Assembly (NCBI GenBank): GCA_045221335.1
Contig: JBGUWS010000014.1
Coordinates: 70,261 to 134,260 of the forward strand
DNA from: Alphaproteobacteria bacterium
Lineage (GTDB): Bacteria > Pseudomonadota > Alphaproteobacteria > RF32 > CAG-239
DNA length: 64,000 nt
Direction of reading: 5' to 3'
Positions 51,465-60,432 of this stretch are shown here, one piece after another. The translations under genes were made by a program, and so were the position numbers. Within the stretch, counting starts at the first letter, position 1. Every line of letters starts with the position of its first letter. The notes below the pieces were generated by a model. It was not told where the DNA came from and ran no database searches. It saw only the letters and a list, made by a program, of their open reading frames with translations.

Positions 51465-52905
51465 ATGAGAATTTCCCGATTTTTTGATAATCTTTCAGTG
51501 TGTCCATGCTTATAAAATGTTTCTTAAATATCTCTTGTTGGTCGGCATCAAAGGCATCATTTAATGTTTGGTATTCACGCGATGACCAATCGGGGAAATA
51601 ATAAACAAAGTTCATTGGATATTGTTTATTCAACAAGTTTACATCATAATTTGGAATAGGGTGGAAATAAATGTCGTGTACCGCCTCGGTCGGAATATGG
51701 CTCCAATAATATGAAGGGCGTTCGGAAAATATGCCGGAGACAATCGTAATGCCGTATTTTTCTTGATCCAATAACTTCATAATCTTGGATTTATTTAAGG
51801 GTTTAGATAGTGATGATAATCCGATTAGGGTGAAAGATAAGGTGATATAAATAGAAGCGATGAATAGGATTTCTTTTTTATAGATCAGCGGTGCAGCAAC
51901 CATTGCGGCATAAATAATCAGCATCAGATAATGCTGTCCGTAACGACAAATGGAAAAGCATCGGATACCTTCACCGATACATAAAAAGACTAAAATCCAC
52001 CAATAACGATTATGTTTTTTGTTTTTAATATACCAGCAAATAGCGGCTAAAGCCATACCTAAAACCAGCAGAAAATCAAAGAAACAATAATTATATATTT
52101 GACTCCATAACTTAGCAAAAATAGTGTTTAATTGCCAGTTAAGTTCATAGTATTTTTCAAGACAATCTGCTTGCCACAGGGCGTAAATACCGATGCAAAG
52201 TATAAACAACGGAATGATGGCTGCTTTCAGCATATCTTTTATTTTTTGTGGATGACGATAGAGGAAATAACCAATAACCAAAACTATCAGCGCGCCCTGA
52301 AAAACGGTTGTCTGCAAGAATAAAAAGGCAAGGGTAAGCATGATGGCTGCAATTTGCAGATGTTTGAATTTTTTATATCGAAAATAACAGAATAAATAAT
52401 ATAAACCGCAGAAAAAACAACAATGTTGCCAGATATCCGGCCTGATTTGGAATAGACCGCGAACCGTAATATCACTAGCTACCCAAAAATAAAGATTAAG
52501 GCATATCAATGCGCAAATTTTTCCGCCGATGAATTTTTTTTCTATCTTGTAAATATAATAACCGGTTAAAAGCGAAACGCCAAAACAGATTATTCTGCCG
52601 ATATAAACGGCAAGCACAGTGTTATGCGGAATTATTGTTATCATCGGGGCTAAAATATACCATAATAAAGGGTGATGATGCTCGAAAAAATCACGATACG
52701 GCATGTCGCCGAGAGTAATAAAATAGGCGGCGCGCAAATGTTCGATATCATCAAAAATAAATAATTTTGAGGTAAATATTTTGGCTATGGTATAAATAAG
52801 GTTAAGACCCAGCAAAATCAGCAGGATAATGATATCATTGTTTGAATCGGTGCTATTGTCTGTTTTACCAGGTGACAATAGTCGGCGGTTTTTTGTTTCG
52901 GTCAT
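51445..52905 (-). CDS. GT-C fold membrane glycosyltransferase (ArnT/PMT_2-like)
   Basis: About 11 TM helices. First periplasmic loop DDIEHLRAAYF...GDMPYRDFFEHHHPLLWY resembles the ArnT/PMT DE..Y ... YFEKPPLLYW region. Confidence 0.5.
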   Translation of the reverse strand: MTETKNRRLLSPGKTDNSTDSNNDIIILLILLGLNLIYTIAKIFTSKLFIFDDIEHLRAAYFITLGDMPYRDFFEHHHPLLWYILAPMITIIPHNTVLAVYIGRIICFGVSLLTGYYIYKIEKKFIGGKICALICLNLYFWVASDITVRGLFQIRPDIWQHCCFFCGLYYLFCYFRYKKFKHLQIAAIMLTLAFLFLQTTVFQGALIVLVIGYFLYRHPQKIKDMLKAAIIPLFILCIGIYALWQADCLEKYYELNWQLNTIFAKLWSQIYNYCFFDFLLVLGMALAAICWYIKNKKHNRYWWILVFLCIGEGIRCFSICRYGQHYLMLIIYAAMVAAPLIYKKEILFIASIYITLSFTLIGLSSLSKPLNKSKIMKLLDQEKYGITIVSGIFSERPSYYWSHIPTEAVHDIYFHPIPNYDVNLLNKQYPMNFVYYFPDWSSREYQTLNDAFDADQQEIFKKHFISMDTLKDYQKIGKFSYLKSTP

Positions 52906-53022
52906 ACGTGGCCCTCGGTTAATGGTATAATCTTCTTTATTCTAAATAGAATGTGTTTAATAAAATGTAAAATCATTACTGAAAAACATATTAAATAGAC
53001 ATTATAACTGACATAAAAGAGC

Positions 53023-53100
53023 GCTTTGCGAGATAAAATTTGATTGTTTTTAACTTATGGGTGTTATGAACCAAAAGTTGATTATTTAAAATAATCAGCT
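53023..53100. repeat. Copy R2 of the ~85-bp repeat family
   Basis: gcgagataaaatttgattgtttttaacttatgggtgttatgaaccaaaagttgattatttaaaataatcagc. Confidence 0.55.
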
Positions 53101-53176
53101 AAAAAATAAATTTTAGAAACAAAAATTTAAGGATTTTTATCCTAAACTTTTAAAAAAGTTTAATTGTAGGTGTCAC

Positions 53177-53674
53177 ATGATGAAAGAATATAAAATTGCT
53201 ATTAATAAATATATTAAAAGTAAAGGAGAATATTTTATACGAAAGTATTTTGTTTTGCTGGTTTTAGGTATGTTTACGGCAGTGCCTGCAAAGGCGCAAA
53301 TGGCAGATGCATTAGGGACTCTTGCAATTGGTGGCGCGATGGGGGTAAATGATGCAAAAATGATTGCCAAAGGGCAGGGCAGCTTAAACGACTTGCGTTT
53401 TCAAGATGATTTGGTCCGTTTGATTACAGATGTTCAGATGAATTTAAGTGGGCAGAACATGCCGATTGATAAATCGATGATTTCTTTTAACGGCTTTCAA
53501 GGAATTGACTGGAATATCTCAAGCCAAGGTCATGAAACCGTGCTTGAATTTAATCATTTAAATGCGCGATTGTGCCTAGTCTGCAAAAATAATGAAGCTT
53601 CTGTCAATCGTGTGGAAATAAACGGCGGTGGAACATGCGAGGCAGAGGGTAATACTGTTAAAATGTATTTTTAA
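53177..53674 (+). CDS. Small secreted protein of unknown function (165 aa), flanked by repeat copies R2 and R3
   Basis: N-terminal hydrophobic segment with a VPAKA-Q cleavage-like site; AGGTG RBS. Confidence 0.45.
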   Translation: MMKEYKIAINKYIKSKGEYFIRKYFVLLVLGMFTAVPAKAQMADALGTLAIGGAMGVNDAKMIAKGQGSLNDLRFQDDLVRLITDVQMNLSGQNMPIDKSMISFNGFQGIDWNISSQGHETVLEFNHLNARLCLVCKNNEASVNRVEINGGGTCEAEGNTVKMYF

Positions 53675-53722
53675 AAAATATAACAAAAAAACGCCATTTC
53701 TGACGATTTTTGAACTGTGGTC

Positions 53723-53807
53723 GGAGTGAGCTTGCAGTTCTCGAGATAAAATTTTGCATGTTTTTAACTTATGGGTGTTAAGAACCAGAGGTGGAATTAA
53801 AATCAGC
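53723..53807. repeat. Copy R3 of the ~85-bp repeat family
   Basis: ggagtgagcttgcagttctcgagataaaattttgcatgtttttaacttatgggtgttaagaaccagaggtggaattaaaatcagc. Confidence 0.55.
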
Positions 53808-53872
53808 AAAAGCTTGCGGTTTATGATAAAAAATCCTAAATATTAGATATAAATGATTAAAGAGAACTTGTT

Positions 53873-54571
53873 ATGACATTAAATAAATTAGATATTCTTT
53901 CTAAAATGGCATATTTTGCAAAATGCAAAAAAACAGCTATAGTACGTATATTAGAATTTCTCATACCACTAAATGACGAACAATCTGTATTGATGAATAT
54001 TTTTTATAATGCCTATTTTACTTACTGGTTAGGGTTAGTAGATTATTTGATAAAAGATGTTTCTTTTATTAAGCAAGAAGATATAGAAAATATAGTAGGT
54101 TCTAAAGATAATTATTATTACCTTAGAAATCTAAGAAATGCGGTTATTCATAGGGCTGAGGACTTAGCTGATAAAGGAACTGTTATTAATAATACAGATA
54201 TTATAACCCCATTTTCTCCTATAGATGTTATGGATCCATTTGGAAAGAAAAAATACCAACCATTTTATAACAATTTAATACAAATCATATTAAAATGTGA
54301 AGAGATAAATGAAATATGCATAAAATTGATAAAACAATATAATTTGACAGATTATCCTGATCTTACTAAAGAAGAATTTATGGATAGGTGTAATCGTGAT
54401 CCTTATATTTCATCGTATGTAAAAACGGATGAAATATCCGAAAAATCTTGGCAACATTATTATAGCATTAAAAATGATATGAAAAAAGAAAATGTAAAAA
54501 AGATTTTATCTTATTTTGAAACTCTTAATTTATTTCAAGATGCGATAATAAAAGATAATAAGATAGATTAA
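53873..54571 (+). CDS. Hypothetical protein with Rx4H (HEPN-like) motif, candidate Abi-type RNase
   Basis: 232 aa, predicted all-helical, ~26% GC. Motif YYYLRNLRNAVIHRAED fits HEPN Rx4-6H. A paralogous motif occurs in the 248-aa protein at 60432. No other recognisable domain. Confidence 0.4.
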   Translation: MTLNKLDILSKMAYFAKCKKTAIVRILEFLIPLNDEQSVLMNIFYNAYFTYWLGLVDYLIKDVSFIKQEDIENIVGSKDNYYYLRNLRNAVIHRAEDLADKGTVINNTDIITPFSPIDVMDPFGKKKYQPFYNNLIQIILKCEEINEICIKLIKQYNLTDYPDLTKEEFMDRCNRDPYISSYVKTDEISEKSWQHYYSIKNDMKKENVKKILSYFETLNLFQDAIIKDNKID

Positions 54572-54806
54572 ATATTAGCAATAATTTTGGAGTGACTAAA
54601 ATCAAAGGCTAATTTAACTTTTATTTTTCGATAATAGAAGTTTTTCTTCCCTGTATAAGCGATTTTGGTTTTGACATAGGTTTGATTATAAAAGATAGAT
54701 TCGGTTATTATAGGGTAATTTTTGATAAGTTAATAATCGTATGAATTTATTATTTCTAAACTATTGGTGTTTTATTATATCGTAGTTTAATGGAGTGATT
54801 TATCTT

Positions 54807-55919
54807 ATGAAACCAGATATACAAAAAATATTTAGCCAATATGGAATAACCAATAAAATGCATAACGATGCATATGATTGGCAGAAAAAATATTGGGAAA
54901 TTAGTAATGAGATAAGTGGTAAGAATGAATGGGAGGACATTTGTATTGGATTTTTCGCTTATATTACACTATGGACGTTAATATTGTTTGGTTTAGCATT
55001 TCTTGATGATAAATCAAATATTTCTCAAGACTTGCTTGCTTTCCTTATTATTGTAGTTTTATTAAATATATTTTTCTACTTAATGGGAAAGCAAGAAAAT
55101 AAGAAAAAAGAAGAATATAAACATAAAATAGAAAGCCATAAATTAGAAAAAGTTCACCATTCTGAATATGAATACAAAGAACAGAAACTAGCAAGCGATT
55201 ATGAAACTGAATTAAAAAATCTTCAAAGTAAAATATTTAGAAAAAGAGTTAGTGAAACATTTAAGGATAATTTACAAAAATATAATGATTTCATAGATAC
55301 CTGTAGTTATATAAACCATTATCTTGTATTTGCTCACATAAATACTTATGAACATAGAGAATACGCTAAAAAACGAGGTTATTCTCTTGTTACAAATAAT
55401 TATTCTTCTTTAAGTAAAAAAATACTTCCTAAAATTGAAGAAGATTATTCTTCATCTAAGCCTATAGAAAGCAAAAGTATTAAAAGTAAATTTAATCCTC
55501 AAAAAATAGATTGGCTTGAACTTAATAAATCTAATGCCAAATTAGGAGAATATGGGGAAAGCATAATTATAGATTTGGAAAAGGAATATCTGATAGAAAA
55601 CGGATTAAAAGATTTATCTGAAAAAATAGAATGGGTATCACAGACCAAAGGGGACGGAGCAGGATATGATATTTTATCATATGATACAGGCGGAAATTGT
55701 AAATATATAGAAGTTAAAACTACATGTGTGTCGGAAAACGAACCTTTTTATGTAAGTGATAATGAATTGAATTTTATTAAAACACATTTGGATAATTATT
55801 TTATATATCGTTTGTATATCGATAAAAATTCCAATACAGTAAAATTGAGAGTATTTAATTCAAGCGAATTTTTAAACTTTGCTCTTCGTCCTGTATCGTA
55901 TAAAGTTATTTTAAATTAA
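54807..55919 (+). CDS. Membrane-anchored protein with C-terminal DUF3883-like PD-(D/E)xK nuclease domain
   Basis: Two N-terminal TM helices, a K/E-rich coiled-coil linker, and a C-terminal ~130 aa with LGEYGESI, GYDILSYD, IEVKTT and SDNELNFIK. These match, as I recall it, the DUF3883 restriction-endonuclease-like consensus (D...E-V-K). Start moved to ATG 54807 (GGAG RBS). Confidence 0.55.
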   Translation: MKPDIQKIFSQYGITNKMHNDAYDWQKKYWEISNEISGKNEWEDICIGFFAYITLWTLILFGLAFLDDKSNISQDLLAFLIIVVLLNIFFYLMGKQENKKKEEYKHKIESHKLEKVHHSEYEYKEQKLASDYETELKNLQSKIFRKRVSETFKDNLQKYNDFIDTCSYINHYLVFAHINTYEHREYAKKRGYSLVTNNYSSLSKKILPKIEEDYSSSKPIESKSIKSKFNPQKIDWLELNKSNAKLGEYGESIIIDLEKEYLIENGLKDLSEKIEWVSQTKGDGAGYDILSYDTGGNCKYIEVKTTCVSENEPFYVSDNELNFIKTHLDNYFIYRLYIDKNSNTVKLRVFNSSEFLNFALRPVSYKVILN

Positions 55920-56183
55920 CAAATAAAATTTTAGTGCTGTAATCTATAACTCCTTGATTTTCTTATCTTCTCATCCTAAAAAGTTCGAAGATTATTTGGG
56001 GTATGGCTTATTTTATATCAAACATTCGAACTCGCCGAAAGCTATTCCGCATCCGGAAAAGATTTCCAAAGTAACGCATAAACCACTAGAGGTGCCCTTT
56101 GTATATCCCTTAGTATTTGCGCGACTAAATTTGAGATAAGCTTATCTAACACTAGTGTTATTATTGTGTCGGCTCCATACTTT

Positions 56184-56203
56184 AAGGCTTAGAGCCTTTT
56201 TTA
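56184..56203 (+). terminator. Short hairpin + T-run (aaggct-tag-agcctttttt) upstream of fic
   Basis: 6-bp stem followed by T6. It shares the 19-nt string agagccttttttatgaaaa with the terminator after fic. Confidence 0.4.
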
Positions 56204-56295
56204 TGAAAAAAATGTCAATATTCGGGAAATTTTACTTGCTTTTTCGGGAATTATTCGGTAATATTTCGGTAAAGAATAGAGAAAAGGAACATAAA

Positions 56296-57354
56296 ATGCC
56301 CAATATGACAGATATTATAATTACCCCGGATATGCTAAAGAAAATAGCAGAAATAGATGCTTTTAACGGAGCATTCAATAGCGGCGGTATAAAGATTAAG
56401 CCGGAGCAATTAAAAGCCATGAAACGCATTGCTACGATTGAATCTATCGGCTCTTCTAATCGTATTGAGGGCAATAAGCTAAACGATACAGAGGTGGAAG
56501 AAGTCTTTAACCGTATCAGCAAAAAATCTTTTCAAACGCGCGATGAGCAAGAAGTTGCCGGTTATGCCGATTTGCTTTCAACGATTTTTGAAAATTACAA
56601 AGAAATAAATTTATCGGAAAACTACATTCGGCAGTTGCATAAAATTTTGCTTTCATATTCTGACAAAGACGAGCATCATCGCGGCGAATATAAAAAAGAT
56701 TCAAATCGCGTGGCAGCCTTTGATGCCAACGGTAAAGAAATCGGCACGATTTTTGAAACAGCCACGCCGTTTGATACACCGCGTTTAATGCAAGAGCTTG
56801 TTAATTGGACGAACATCAATTTTAACGATGGCTACTTCCACCCGATTATCACTATCGGCGTGTTTGTGGTGCATTTTTTATCAATACACCCTTTTACCGA
56901 CGGAAACGGTAGAATGTCACGTGCATTAACGACCTTGCTTATGCTACAACATGGCTATAATTATATGCCTTATTCATCATTGGAATCAATTATTGAAGCC
57001 AGTAAAGATGCGTATTACAGAGCTCTGCGCGCTACGCAAAAGACAATCTGGAGCGATAAGGTAAATTATGAGCCGTGGCTGACATTTTTTATTACCTCAC
57101 TTGCTAAGCAAAAACGGCATTTAGAAGATAAAATTGCCTTTGCCACTAAAACCGATAATACCAGAATTACCAAAGGCGAGCAAGCCGTTTTAGACCTTTT
57201 TGAAGATAAGACAAATTGGTCGGTGGCAGAAATGGCGGAAACTTTAAGTAAAAACAGTGAGACCGTCAAAAAGACCGTGCAAAATTTAGTAAAGAAAAAT
57301 ATGCTTGAAAAACAAGGCTCCACCAAGGGCACATACTACATTTTGAAGGGGTAA
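56296..57354 (+). CDS. Fic/DOC family protein, class II (N-terminal inhibitory SxxxEG helix) with C-terminal winged-helix domain
   Basis: Canonical Fic motif HPFTDGNGRMSRAL. Upstream inhibitory-helix motif SSNRIEGN, i.e. (S/T)xxxE(G/N). C-terminal ~90 aa wHTH-like. Start chosen at MPNMTD (AAGGAA RBS) rather than the ORF-track 56155. Confidence 0.8.
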   Translation: MPNMTDIIITPDMLKKIAEIDAFNGAFNSGGIKIKPEQLKAMKRIATIESIGSSNRIEGNKLNDTEVEEVFNRISKKSFQTRDEQEVAGYADLLSTIFENYKEINLSENYIRQLHKILLSYSDKDEHHRGEYKKDSNRVAAFDANGKEIGTIFETATPFDTPRLMQELVNWTNINFNDGYFHPIITIGVFVVHFLSIHPFTDGNGRMSRALTTLLMLQHGYNYMPYSSLESIIEASKDAYYRALRATQKTIWSDKVNYEPWLTFFITSLAKQKRHLEDKIAFATKTDNTRITKGEQAVLDLFEDKTNWSVAEMAETLSKNSETVKKTVQNLVKKNMLEKQGSTKGTYYILKG

Positions 57355-57377
57355 AACCTATCGATTCTTTTTTTTCT

Positions 57378-57410
57378 GGCTCTATGTCTTATTGCATAGA
57401 GCCTTTTTTA
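57378..57410 (+). terminator. Rho-independent terminator after fic (ggctctatg-tcttattg-catagagcc + T6)
   Basis: Perfect 9-bp stem and a T-run. Confidence 0.75.
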
Positions 57411-57500
57411 TGAAAATTGGTAAATAAGCTCAATTATCACTTGCTTTTCAGAGTGTTTAGGGTAAAATCGCCATTATATTGTAACTTTTGGGACTTTTAG

Positions 57501-59987
57501 ATGACGATAACACCGGAAGAAAAAGCAAGAGAAAAAATAGATGAACAACTGATAAATGCCGGTTGGATAATACAGAACCGTGAGGATTTTGACCGCACAG
57601 CTAGTTTAGGCGTGGCTGTTCGCGAGTTTTTGATGGACGATAACACAGAAGCTGACTATCTTTTGTTTGTAGATGGCAAAGCCTGCGGTGTTATAGAAGC
57701 AAAGAAAGCCGGTGTTGCTTTAAGTGGTGTTGAAAATCAGTCGCACGGATATGCTTGTCATCTACCGGAATATGTTAAAAATTGGCAGATGCCGTTGCCT
57801 TTTATTTACGAGAGCACTGGTGATGAGACTTTCTTTTGTGACGGGCGAGATAAAATCTGCCGTTCTCGTCGCATTTTTGCCTTTCACTCACCTCAATCAT
57901 TGCTAAATATGCTTGAAGAGGCAAGCACTTTGCGCAATCGCTTACAAAATATGCCTATACTGGAAAAAGGCTCTTTGCGTGATTGTCAATTTGAAGCCAT
58001 TGAAGGCTTAGAAAAATCATTAGCGGAAGGCAATCAAAAAGCACTTATTCAAATGGCTACCGGTGCCGGAAAAACTTTTACGGCTTGTAATTTTTCATAT
58101 CGCTTGCTTAAATATGCCGGAGCGAAGCGTATTTTATTCTTGGTAGACCGCAATAATCTCGGCAAACAGACCAAAAAAGAGTTTGAAAACTTTCGCCTTC
58201 CTGATGTAAATCGCCTGTTTCCGGAAGTTTATATTGCTCAGCACTTGCAACATAATAAGGTTGATTCTGATGCCAAAGTTGTGATTACCACCATTCAACG
58301 GCTTTATTCCATGTTGTGCGGTGAAGAAGATTATGATGAGGCGGACGAAGATGCTTCCGCTTACGAGCTCGGTTCAATGGGTGCGCCTAAAGAAGTTAAT
58401 TATAATTCTGCTCTTCCGCCGGATTATTTCGATTTTATCATAACTGATGAATGTCACCGCAGTATTTACGGCGATTGGCGGCAGGTTTTGGAATATTTTG
58501 ATGCTTTCATTATCGGTTTGACAGCTACGCCATCTAAGCAAACCTTTGGTTATTTTAACCGCAACATTGTTGCTGAATATCCGTATGAACGCTCGGTTGC
58601 TGATGGTGTTAATGTAGATTATCAGGTTTTACGCATTAAAACCAAAATCAGCGAAGATGGTGGCAAAATTGACAAATCTTTTCCTGTGCCATTGCGTAAT
58701 AAGAAAAGCCGTAAGATAACTTATGAGCAGCTGGACGAAGATTTAGAGTATAAAAAGAATGACTTAGACCGTTCTGTCCTCGTGCCAAATCAAATTCGCA
58801 CCATTATGGAGTGTTATAAAAATTCGCTTTATACCGAGCTGTTTCCGGAACGTGAGCCGAATTTTGCGTGGACACCGAAAACGCTTATTTTTGCCAAAGA
58901 TGACAATCATGCCGAAGAGATTGTCCGCATCACAAGAGAAGTTTTCGGGCAAGGCAATGATTTTTGCAAAAAGATTACCTATAACGTTACCGGTGAAAAG
59001 CCGGAAGAACTGATTAAGCAGTTTCGTGTTTCCCCTCTGCCGCGTATTGCCGTAACGGTGGATATGATTGCCACCGGCACGGATATTAAGCCTTTGGAAG
59101 TGGTAATGTTTTTGCGTGATGTTCGCTCATCGCTTTATTATGAGCAGATGAAAGGTCGTGGCGTTCGTTCCATTAATGATACAGACTTAAAGCAGGTAAC
59201 ACCGAATGCCGAAGGTAAAAGTTTCTTTTATTTGATTGATGCCGTTGGTGTAACCGAGAGTAAAAAGACCGCTTCACAACCATTGGAGCGCAAACGCTCG
59301 GTTTCGTTAAAGAAGCTTTTAGAGCAAGTAGCACAAGGCAAAACTGATGATGACACATTGAGCACGCTTGCCGGACGCATTGTCAATATAGAGCGCAACT
59401 TAAATGACGAAGAAAAAGACAAGATAAAAGCTCTAACCGGAGGCAAGCTGTTGCATGAAATTGCCGGCAATATTCTTGATGCCATAGAGCCGGACAAGCT
59501 TGAGGGCAAAACCGCCAAAGAGATAGAAAAAATCAAAGATGATGCGGTTAAACCGTTTAATAAATCAAGTTTGCGGCAAACTTTGCTTGATATGAGTGCC
59601 AAAACCGGCATTTACATTGATGAACTGGCGCAAGATGAAGTTATTTCTGCGGATATCAACGGAGAAAAAGCTAAAAATATCATCACTTCGTTTAAGGAAT
59701 TTATAGAAGCCAATAAAGATGAAATTGACGCACTTTCTATCATTTATAATGTGCAATATGGCAAGAGAAACCTGACTTATGCCAATATCCGTGAACTGGC
59801 AGAAAAAATGCGTGAGGCACGTCCGCCTTTGGCACCGATAGAAATTTGGCGTGCGTTTGAGCTATTAGAAAAAGATAAAGTCCAACATGTTAAAAATCCG
59901 GTGCGGTTGCTGACCAACTTGGTGCAACTGGTGCGTTTTGCCATCGGGCAAGATGATAAATTGGAAGAGTTTGATAAACGAGTTTAA
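57501..59987 (+). CDS. hsdR: Type I restriction enzyme R subunit (N-terminal PD-(D/E)xK nuclease + SF2 helicase + HsdR-type C-terminal helical region), possibly 3'-truncated
   Basis: HSDR_N-like D...EAK (DYLLFVDGKACGVIEAKK). Helicase motifs I QMATGAGKTFTA, II ITDECHRS, III GLTATP, VI QMKGRGVRS. The stop lies exactly where out-of-frame hsdM-homologous sequence begins. Confidence 0.75.
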   Translation: MTITPEEKAREKIDEQLINAGWIIQNREDFDRTASLGVAVREFLMDDNTEADYLLFVDGKACGVIEAKKAGVALSGVENQSHGYACHLPEYVKNWQMPLPFIYESTGDETFFCDGRDKICRSRRIFAFHSPQSLLNMLEEASTLRNRLQNMPILEKGSLRDCQFEAIEGLEKSLAEGNQKALIQMATGAGKTFTACNFSYRLLKYAGAKRILFLVDRNNLGKQTKKEFENFRLPDVNRLFPEVYIAQHLQHNKVDSDAKVVITTIQRLYSMLCGEEDYDEADEDASAYELGSMGAPKEVNYNSALPPDYFDFIITDECHRSIYGDWRQVLEYFDAFIIGLTATPSKQTFGYFNRNIVAEYPYERSVADGVNVDYQVLRIKTKISEDGGKIDKSFPVPLRNKKSRKITYEQLDEDLEYKKNDLDRSVLVPNQIRTIMECYKNSLYTELFPEREPNFAWTPKTLIFAKDDNHAEEIVRITREVFGQGNDFCKKITYNVTGEKPEELIKQFRVSPLPRIAVTVDMIATGTDIKPLEVVMFLRDVRSSLYYEQMKGRGVRSINDTDLKQVTPNAEGKSFFYLIDAVGVTESKKTASQPLERKRSVSLKKLLEQVAQGKTDDDTLSTLAGRIVNIERNLNDEEKDKIKALTGGKLLHEIAGNILDAIEPDKLEGKTAKEIEKIKDDAVKPFNKSSLRQTLLDMSAKTGIYIDELAQDEVISADINGEKAKNIITSFKEFIEANKDEIDALSIIYNVQYGKRNLTYANIRELAEKMREARPPLAPIEIWRAFELLEKDKVQHVKNPVRLLTNLVQLVRFAIGQDDKLEEFDKRV

Positions 59988-60432
59988 TCTGCATACGGTG
60001 TTGCGCTTGCCTACCGGTATTTTTTATGCGCAGGGTGTTAAGGCTAATGTTATTTTCTTTGATAAATATCCGCCACTTGATAAAGGACACCGCACAAATG
60101 ATGTGTGGTTCTATGACTTACGCACCAATATTAATTTAAGCTTGGTTACAAACTCTTTGAATGACAGCCATTTAGCAGACTTTATTAAGTGCTATAATGC
60201 AGATAATATTATGGCGAGGACAGAGAGCGAACGCTTTAAGAAGTTTACTTATGACGAAATTATCAAACGCGATAAGGTAAGCCTTGATATTACTTGGCTC
60301 AAAGACGAGAGTTTAGAGAGTCTTGAAAATCTGCCGGAACCGGAAATTTTGGCAGATGAAATCGTTGATAATCTGGAAACAGCACTGGATTCATTCAAAA
60401 ACGTGCTGACAGAGTTACAGAAAGCAGAGTAA
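59938..60432 (+). pseudogene. hsdM: Remnant of type I methyltransferase gene: C-terminal ~150 codons only, N-terminal catalytic domain deleted
   Basis: The translation from ~59980 (NLHTVLRLPTGIFYAQGVKANVIFFDK...VWFYDLRTN...SLDITWLKD...LPEPEILADE) closely matches the C-terminal region of EcoKI-type HsdM as I recall it. No SAM-binding or NPPY/F region is present upstream. Confidence 0.7.

Noticed and set aside
55954-56139. 61-aa ORF in the spacer upstream of fic
   Set aside because: It has no RBS and its composition is typical of non-coding AT-rich spacer. The region is better explained as regulatory or structured DNA (see finding).
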